Shown piece by piece: positions 8,678-15,351 of a DNA stretch of 64,000 nt. The DNA is taken from NCBI GenBank assembly GCA_964580995.1, contig CAZOMV010000002.1, positions 38,904 to 102,903 on the forward strand. Reading direction: 5' to 3'. The stretch is from an uncultured Pirellulales bacterium. GTDB lineage: Bacteria > Planctomycetota > Phycisphaerae > Sedimentisphaerales > SM23-30. A program made the translations under genes and the position numbers. The notes beneath the pieces are model-generated. The model was given only the letters and a program-made list of their open reading frames with translations. It had not been told where the DNA came from and did no database searches. The first letter of the stretch is position 1. Each line of letters begins with the position of its first letter.

Positions 8678-9766
8678 ATGGCACGAATGCACAATTACTA
8701 TGCAGGCCCCGCGGCCTTACCCTTGCAGGCGATCGAAGCCACGCGCGACGAATTGCTGGATTTTCAGAACAGCGGCGTAAGTGTACTGGAAACCTCGCAC
8801 CGCTCCAAAGAATACGAACAAATGCACAACGAAACCATCACGCTGCTCAAAGAGCTGATGGGCCTCGGTGACAACTTCAAGGTCCTCTTCCTCGGAGGCG
8901 GTGCCAGCCTGCAATTCGCCATGGTCCCCATGAACTTCCTCTCCGCCGGCAAGTCCGCTGATTATATCCTCACCGGTGCCTGGAGTAAAAAAGCTATCAA
9001 GGAAGCCAAAATCCTCGGCACGCCCCGCGTCGCCGCCACCACCGAAAAGGACGGCGTCTTCCGCACCATTCCCAAACAGAAGGACCTCAGCCTCGATCCC
9101 AACGCCGTCTATTGCCACCTCACTTCCAACAATACCATCTTCGGCACCCAGTGGCGGCAGTTCCCCAATACCGGCTCGGTCCCGCTGGTCGCCGACATGT
9201 CCAGCGACATCCTCTCCCACCGGTTTGACCCGGCCCCCTTCGGCCTGATCTACGCCGGCGCCCAGAAGAATCTCGGACCCGCCGGCCTCACCGTCGTCAT
9301 CATCCGCGACGATATGCTCGCCAAAACCAACAAGAACATCCCCACCATGCTGTCCTACAACACCCATGCCGACGAAAATTCCCTCTACAATACCCCGCCC
9401 TGCTTCGCCATCTATGTCATGAACAAGGTCCTCCACTGGCTCAAGGACCGCGGCGGCGTGGCGGCCATGGAAAAGGAAAACACCGAAAAGGCCAAACTCA
9501 TCTACGGCACCATCGACAACTCCAACGGCTTCTACACCAACCCCATCCCCGCTGAAGACCGCTCCCAGATGAATATTGTCTTCCGCCTGACCACCGAAGA
9601 CCTCGAAAAGAAATTCGTCTCCGAGGGCCTCAAAGCCGGTTTCGTCGGCCTCAAGGGCCATCGCAGCGTCGGCGGTATCCGTGTCTCCGCCTACAACGCC
9701 AACGGCCTGGATTCCATCAAGGACTGCGTCGCCTTCATGAAATCCTTCGCCTCCCAAAACAGCTAG
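8678..9766 (+). CDS. serC: 3-phosphoserine/phosphohydroxythreonine aminotransferase
   Basis: The sequence is SerC-like over its full length (YAGPAALP...SHRSKEY...GAQKNLGPAGLTVVIIR...GGIRVSAYNA). A strong SD (AAAGGAG) precedes the start. Confidence 0.92.
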   Translation: MARMHNYYAGPAALPLQAIEATRDELLDFQNSGVSVLETSHRSKEYEQMHNETITLLKELMGLGDNFKVLFLGGGASLQFAMVPMNFLSAGKSADYILTGAWSKKAIKEAKILGTPRVAATTEKDGVFRTIPKQKDLSLDPNAVYCHLTSNNTIFGTQWRQFPNTGSVPLVADMSSDILSHRFDPAPFGLIYAGAQKNLGPAGLTVVIIRDDMLAKTNKNIPTMLSYNTHADENSLYNTPPCFAIYVMNKVLHWLKDRGGVAAMEKENTEKAKLIYGTIDNSNGFYTNPIPAEDRSQMNIVFRLTTEDLEKKFVSEGLKAGFVGLKGHRSVGGIRVSAYNANGLDSIKDCVAFMKSFASQNS

Positions 9767-9808
9767 TTCCCCACCGGGAAGGCCCCCCGTTTTCCCTTGC
9801 GTGTCCCC

Positions 9809-9844
9809 ACGGCCCGGACCCAGTTTCCGGGCCGTTTTTCTTTC
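9809..9844 (+). terminator. Rho-independent terminator of serC
   Basis: The stem is ACGGCCCGGA / TCCGGGCCGT (10 bp) with a 7-nt loop, followed by TTTTTCTTT. Confidence 0.8.
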
Positions 9845-10871
9845 TGCGTTTTGTTCCCGCGGGAGTACCGGCTGGCCGTAATACGCAAAGATATATATGG
9901 GGACATTCAGCCACCATGCTGGAATCCACACCTTTTGGTCCATCATCGTATCCTCCTGTAAAAAAAATATTTACCACAGATTCGATCAGCCAAACCATCC
10001 GGTTTGGCTTCGCTATAGTTATTATAATATCATAATTTATTTTGCCGGCAGAATCCAATAGCTCCTCTATATAGGGGCCGATGTCCACGAATGCGCAAGG
10101 ATTTTTCCATTTTTTTGGGAGAAAATGACGTAAACCCTTGTCAAAGCTCAACAAAATTTTTTTACGTTGCGCAATTTTGGCCATTCACCGTGGCCGTTAT
10201 TGCGCAATTTTTCCTTATCCATTTGATTTCAACTGGTTATGGCATTATTGTATGTGGGTTGGGCAGGGAAAATGGTAAGCTGGATGGATTGGGTAAGATT
10301 GGTAAATGTTGAATAAAGTGTAGTAAAAGATGAATGAAGTGATATAGAAGTATAGAAAAACCGCATGAAGCCTGAGTAAAACATATATAAAAGCGAATGT
10401 TTTTTACGCGTGGCATCTTGGCTGCGGCAGAAAGGTTTGCGGGACAAAGTTGCCTATATTTCCTATTTTTTCTCTATTGAAATAACTGGAGAGGGAAGAA
10501 GAAATTTTATTTTCAACCCGACCAGATGGGGGAGGAAAAGGCGATTCGGCTGGGGTTCGGGGCAATCATTCTGATCGGGTAATCTGCTGGGGGCTGGGAG
10601 GTTGGGGAGGGGAGGCAGGAGGGGTGCTGACGGGGGGGCGGGGTCAGGTCCGAGGGCGGGAAGAATGGCTGGAAAATATCAAATTTATTATTGGTTTGGA
10701 GTTGAGGCAGGGGTAGAATGGGGGCAGATTGGGCAGCATGAAGTGACAGGCAAGGTTTTTAAATATGGGAATAAGCGAATAAAATTGAATCACGGATTAC
10801 ACTGGTTGCATGGATTAAAGAGAATGCATAATCAAGGAAATGAAAATGTTTAGCCGGATTGTAGGAATAAA

Positions 10872-13715
10872 ATGCGTAAAGAAAATGATGTTAATGTATT
10901 TGATAGTCTGATTGCTGAAGCACCTAAAATTGCAGTTCTAAGTGATAATCCCATATCACTGGGAGAGATGAATAAAGATACCTTTCATTTAAGTTATCAT
11001 CTGGGGCCGATCTACGATATTATACGTCATGAGGACACGCAAATGCCTCTGACAATCGGCGTCTATGGTAAATGGGGATGCGGGAAAACCACGGCCATGA
11101 GATGGCTTGATGACGCTTTAAGACTGTGGAACAAGTCCGCAGAATCAAAAAATAAAATAACAACCAGAAACAGCTGGTTTTACCCCTGGAAATACCATGA
11201 TAAAGAAGAAGTCTGGAAAGGACTGATTAGTGAAGTAATATTAAATGCCATTGACTTTAAAAATGCCGAGTCTAAAACAGTGCTTAAAGCGGTTAAATTG
11301 CTTTCGTCATTTATTGGGAAATCAGCATTTGATATAGTTTCCGCTTGTGAATTTGAGGTGCCTGGGTTTAAGATAAATGGTGATATTGCAAAACAGATTA
11401 AAGATAATTTCAATACGGTCAACCATCCGGAAAAATCCTACCTTAACGAATATGAACGAGAACTGGACCAATGGATAAAAGATATACTATCGAATAACAA
11501 AAGAATGGTTATTTTTATCGATGACCTTGATCGATGTATGCCCGATATTGCCCTGCAGGTACTAGAGGCGATAAAGCTTTATCTTAAAATCGAAAAAATA
11601 ATATTTGTTATAGGTATGGATAGAAATATCGTTGAAAAGGCGGTAAAAGCTTATTGCGAAGAAAAACATATTGATGTAGACGATGATTATGGAAGAAAGT
11701 ATCTGGAAAAAATGTTTCAGGTTGAATTGCAGATGTCGCCATCCCAACGTGAGATGGACCTGTATCTTGATGCGCAACTGGAGACGGTACACTTTAAAAA
11801 ATGTATTGACCGAAAGAGTAAAAAAGGAAAAAGCAGTTATGAATTGTTTAAACATTTGATAGCCAAATATGGCGGGCGAAATCCCAGGGAAGTAAAAAGG
11901 CTTATTAACAATTCATTAATAAGAGGGGCTGGTGCAGATAAAATAAGAATCAATTCAAAGAAATTAACTTTTGAACAGGGAGTTCAGTTATATTTTATTC
12001 AAAAGATACTTATCGAAAGGTACAATCGATTTGAAGTGGTTGGTGATGGAGACATTGGTGATGGATTTTTTACAAAGTGGTCAACAATCGTGCGTGAAAA
12101 TAATCAAAAAAACGGATTTTTTCGTATTCTTAGTAAAACAACCATAGAGCGATATATGCCTGATAAAAGAGAAAAGGAAACGGATACTGTTTCAAGAAAT
12201 AGTGAAAAGTTGGCAGATTATCTTGTAGATACTTATTCGCAGTATTACAGCACTATTCTTCAAAGTGAAGAATATTCTGATTTACTAATCCTGCTTTCCG
12301 ATGAGGATCTTGGGGATCTCATGCAGATTGAATATTCGGCGGAAATTGCGGTATTTGCCAAGGAGCAACAGCTTGAGGTACCAGTTGCTGATGATGACAA
12401 AATTATTAATGCTGTGATTGCAGAAAAACTTGGGAAAGATCCACAGGATTTGACGGAGAAGGACTATGAAGTTATTAGCGATCTTGATCTTGCCGGCAAA
12501 AAGATATCTGACATTAAGCGACTTAAAAAGTGTGTCAATTTAAAAATATTAGACATGGAGGGTGCCGGCATCAGCGATATTTCACCACTTAGTCAGCTCC
12601 TACAGTTGGAAAGATTAAATCTAAACAATAATCAAATTAAAGACATTTCATCGCTCAGGGATATGGTGAATTTAACGGTATTGTCATTGTACGATAATAA
12701 TATTGATGACATAAGTCCGTTGCGTAATTTGACACAATTGATGAGTTTATATCTAAGCAAAAATCAGGTCCAAGATATTTCTCCGCTTGAAAATTTAGTG
12801 AATCTTACGGAATTATCATTATATGGGAACAAGATAGATGATATTACATCACTCAAAGGGTTGACAAACCTGGTGGACTTATATTTATTTGACAATCAGA
12901 TCAAAAACATTTCCGCGCTCGAAGCAATAACACATCTGAAAAGTTTACTTTTAAATCAGAATCATATTAGCGATGTATTTTCACTGGAAAAATTAGTAAC
13001 CCTTAAAACTCTACATTTGGAAAATAATCAGATTAAAAATATTTCGCCCCTTGCAAAACTAGTAAATTTGACTGAATTAAATTTAAGTGATAATCAGATT
13101 AGTAATATCTCGTCTCTCAAAGATATGAAAAATCTTGGAGGATTACACTTAAGCAAAAATCCTGTCCAAAACATACATCTGTTATGTGAATTAACGAACC
13201 TAAACGCATTAGATCTTTCGGAAACTATGGTAGAAGACCTTGCACCTCTGGCGATGTTAAGTAATTTGAGCCGGCTTTGTATTCGCCGCACACAAATCAA
13301 TAATCTTGAACCGATAAAAATACTTGTAAATCTGAAAAGTGTATTTCTGGAGGGTTGCACGAATATTACTGATGAACAGATTCGCGATCTGCAAAAGACT
13401 TTGCCGAATTGTGAAATTCAAGCATTTATAAAAGAAGTCACTCTTCTAAATAGAAAATACAGATTATTTTTTAACCCAAAGATAAAAGGAAAATCCAAAA
13501 TTATGCAGTTTGGCGCAAATGGGGTGATACTTGAAGGCAAAAACAAGAATGAGTCGTCTTGGCAAATTCGTAATGGTTTTCTTGAATTGCTAAATTCTGA
13601 CGGACAGGTGCATAGCCGTTTTTACTTTATTCCCAAAGATAACCGATTCAATCATACCAACGATGCGGACACACATTCCATCCGAGGGCAATATATTGTG
13701 CTGGAGGAAAATTAA
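10872..13715 (+). CDS. KAP-family P-loop NTPase fused to about 14 leucine-rich repeats and an unassigned C-terminal module of about 100 aa
   Basis: Walker A is GVYGKWGCGKTT, followed by the KAP-typical FYPWKY. Walker B is MVIFIDDLDRC, followed by LEAIKLYL, FVIGMDRNIV and YLEKMFQ. From aa 537 (nt 12480) there are about 14 tandem 22-aa repeats of the form L.L..N.I.DIS.L..L.NL. No TM insert is visible. The gene is visibly AT-rich relative to its flanks. Confidence 0.85.
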   Translation: MRKENDVNVFDSLIAEAPKIAVLSDNPISLGEMNKDTFHLSYHLGPIYDIIRHEDTQMPLTIGVYGKWGCGKTTAMRWLDDALRLWNKSAESKNKITTRNSWFYPWKYHDKEEVWKGLISEVILNAIDFKNAESKTVLKAVKLLSSFIGKSAFDIVSACEFEVPGFKINGDIAKQIKDNFNTVNHPEKSYLNEYERELDQWIKDILSNNKRMVIFIDDLDRCMPDIALQVLEAIKLYLKIEKIIFVIGMDRNIVEKAVKAYCEEKHIDVDDDYGRKYLEKMFQVELQMSPSQREMDLYLDAQLETVHFKKCIDRKSKKGKSSYELFKHLIAKYGGRNPREVKRLINNSLIRGAGADKIRINSKKLTFEQGVQLYFIQKILIERYNRFEVVGDGDIGDGFFTKWSTIVRENNQKNGFFRILSKTTIERYMPDKREKETDTVSRNSEKLADYLVDTYSQYYSTILQSEEYSDLLILLSDEDLGDLMQIEYSAEIAVFAKEQQLEVPVADDDKIINAVIAEKLGKDPQDLTEKDYEVISDLDLAGKKISDIKRLKKCVNLKILDMEGAGISDISPLSQLLQLERLNLNNNQIKDISSLRDMVNLTVLSLYDNNIDDISPLRNLTQLMSLYLSKNQVQDISPLENLVNLTELSLYGNKIDDITSLKGLTNLVDLYLFDNQIKNISALEAITHLKSLLLNQNHISDVFSLEKLVTLKTLHLENNQIKNISPLAKLVNLTELNLSDNQISNISSLKDMKNLGGLHLSKNPVQNIHLLCELTNLNALDLSETMVEDLAPLAMLSNLSRLCIRRTQINNLEPIKILVNLKSVFLEGCTNITDEQIRDLQKTLPNCEIQAFIKEVTLLNRKYRLFFNPKIKGKSKIMQFGANGVILEGKNKNESSWQIRNGFLELLNSDGQVHSRFYFIPKDNRFNHTNDADTHSIRGQYIVLEEN

Positions 13716-13750
13716 GATCGATTTTGTTTTGATTATCACAGGGAATGAAT

Positions 13751-13794
13751 GGACATACACGGACATACACGGACTGGCACGGACGGTCACGGAC
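13751..13794 (+). repeat. 10-bp-phased direct repeat (GGACNNNCAC units; CACGGAC x4, GGAC x5)
   Basis: The sequence is ggacatacac ggacatacac ggactggcac ggacggtcac ggac, with an exact 10-nt period. It lies between the KAP-LRR stop and the four-helix-bundle gene. Confidence 0.85.
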
Positions 13795-13988
13795 AAAGAA
13801 GATGGGATGAAAGAAAAGAAGAGAAGAGGAAAGAAATTTCAGAAGAAAGAAAAGAAAATAGATTCCTGCCCCTGATCGGGTCAAGGGCAGGCTTTTGCAG
13901 GAATCCCGATATATTGGGAACGGACGAGAGGCGGGGCAGGTGAGTTTGGCAGTTCAGAAAGAGATACTGACTGAAAGGAGGATATACA

Positions 13989-14634
13989 ATGGCAGAACAT
14001 GAGAAAATCCTGGTCAAGCATGGAGGGTATCGGAAACTAAAGAGTTTCCAGGTGGCGCAGCTTGTTTATGATGTTACGGTGCGTTTTTGCCAGCGGTATA
14101 TCGATCCGTACAGCAGGACGAAAGACCAGATGGTCCAGGCAGCGCGGAGCGGGATGGCGAATATCGCGGAAGGATCGCAGGCGTCGGACATCCAAAAAGA
14201 CAGAATTGAAGCTGACCAATGTGGCCCGGGCGAGTCTGGAGGAGTTGCGGCTGGACTATGAGGATTATTTACGACAGCGGGGGCTGCCGGTTTTCGAGGC
14301 GGAGGATCCGATATTAAAACGTTTTAAGGCCCGAAGGTGCAAGACGATTGCAGAGGTGAGCGATTGGATTCAACAAGAACGAAAGCAAATTCCAGACGGA
14401 CAGGGATCCACACCGCCGAGCAAAGATCCCGATGGTTTTGCGGTGGACAATGGCAATCCGGGGAAGCCCTTTTCTTCGGCGGAACTGGCAGCCAATGCGG
14501 CTTTGTCGCTGCTGAATCTGGTGTGCTATCTGCTGGGCCGGCAGATAGCGACCCAGGCGGAGGCCTTTGAACAGGAAGGAGGATTTACGGAACGGCTGCA
14601 CCGGGTCCGGAAACAAAGACCGGGGAAAACATGA
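13989..14634 (+). pseudogene. Four-helix-bundle protein (23S rRNA intervening-sequence protein / Avd-like family) with suffix domain, interrupted by a frameshift near 14183-14198
   Basis: ORF 13989..14261 carries the family N-terminal part (FQVAQLVYDVTVRF...QMVQAARSGMANIAEGSQAS). The family continuation (KKTELKLTNVARASLEELRLDYEDYLRQRGL...) is in the +1 frame, ORF 14062..14634. The junction lies at gcgtcggacatccaaaaagaca, which contains an A5 run. A strong SD (AAAGGAGGA) precedes 13989. Confidence 0.7.
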
Positions 14635-14783
14635 AGTGAGCGGGGAAGGGATGGGCGGGTGCGAGGAGCGATAAAGGTCCGATAAGTTGTTGGGAGGGGG
14701 GATAAATTGGTGAGGAAGGGTTGGAATAAAGCCGAATTATATTGTATGCTTACGAGGAGTCTTTCTGAATTAGCGGAAAAAGT

Positions 14784-15335
14784 ATGGATAAATATCAGGA
14801 ACGAGAAATAGTACGTCGGCATGTTCGCGACAAGCATCTGACGGCGGCGGCCGCGGCGGCGGTGCTGGGGGGGCGTCGTTCGAGCGGGGATAGTCTGAAT
14901 ATTATCCGGCTGCTGGGCAATTCCGATCCGGAGGTCCGCAAGGGGGCGATCCGGAATCTGGCGGGGGTAGGGGGGACTTCCGCCCAGACGGCGATAGCCG
15001 GTCGCGTGGGTGATTCGGATCCGGGGGTGCGGGTGGAAGCCTGCCGGGCACTGGGGCGGCTGCGGGCGCACCAGGCGAAACGGCAATTGTACGATGTGCT
15101 GGGGGATCGGCATGGTGAGGTCTGTTGTGCGGCGGCGGAAGCGCTGGCGGCCATGGGAGACAAGCACGGGCTGCCGTATGTGGCCCGGCTGGTCTGTACC
15201 AGCGGGATCCACCAGATCCCGGCGCTGCGGTGTTTCTGTCAGATCACGGGGCAGAAATTTCCGCTGAATTCCCGCGGGCTGGCGGAGGCGATTGGCTGGA
15301 TACGATTCCATCAAAACGATATCATGAAATTTTGA
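14784..15335 (+). CDS. HEAT-repeat (PBS-lyase type) protein
   Basis: It contains repeated LL/VGxSDPxVRxxAxxALGxL units (NSDPEVRKGAIRNLAGVG, DSDPGVRVEACRALGRL, DRHGEVCCAAAEALAAMG). Confidence 0.75.
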   Translation: MDKYQEREIVRRHVRDKHLTAAAAAAVLGGRRSSGDSLNIIRLLGNSDPEVRKGAIRNLAGVGGTSAQTAIAGRVGDSDPGVRVEACRALGRLRAHQAKRQLYDVLGDRHGEVCCAAAEALAAMGDKHGLPYVARLVCTSGIHQIPALRCFCQITGQKFPLNSRGLAEAIGWIRFHQNDIMKF

Positions 15336-15351
15336 CGCTGGCGCCGCGGCC

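Noticed and set aside
8717-9946. Long antisense ORFs inside GC-rich genes. Examples are 8717..9946, 3299..4534, 5250..6356, 24738..25913, 39077..40852, 48211..49218, 50893..51774, 51581..52906 and 59517..60371.
   Set aside because: Each lies entirely opposite a gene with clear family motifs. Their translations are Arg/Pro/Gly/His-rich and low-complexity with no recognisable motif, which is the typical shadow-ORF artefact of high-GC DNA.
9735-10184. A 149-aa minus-strand ORF at the left edge of the island.
   Set aside because: It runs through the serC terminator hairpin and into the serC 3' end. Only its AT-rich first ~78 codons could be real, and no motif was recognised. I left it uncalled; it may be a gene fragment.
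10602-10853. An 83-aa ORF inside the G-rich tract upstream of the KAP-LRR gene.
   Set aside because: Its Gly/Arg-rich low-complexity translation is produced by the G-tracts, and it has no RBS or motif. I treated it as non-coding leader sequence.
13751-13794. A possible CRISPR array, considered for this repeat and for the one at 32478-32547.
   Set aside because: The repeat units are only 9-10 nt long with no spacers, and no cas genes are present in the window.
13663-13943. ORFs 13663..13875 and 13749..13943 crossing the 10-bp repeat and the polypurine tract (translations such as TDIHGHTRTGTDGHG and KEEKRKE).
   Set aside because: The translations are direct consequences of the tandem repeat and the purine run. 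They overlap the end of the KAP gene and each other.
13989-14634. The idea that the Avd-like four-helix-bundle gene marks a diversity-generating retroelement targeting the LRR protein.
   Set aside because: No reverse transcriptase ORF and no template/variable repeat pair were visible in the island or anywhere else in the window.
9950-14780. Calling the AT-rich island a defined integrative mobile element.
   Set aside because: I could find no integrase, transposase, tRNA target or flanking direct repeats by eye. Only compositional evidence supports horizontal origin.
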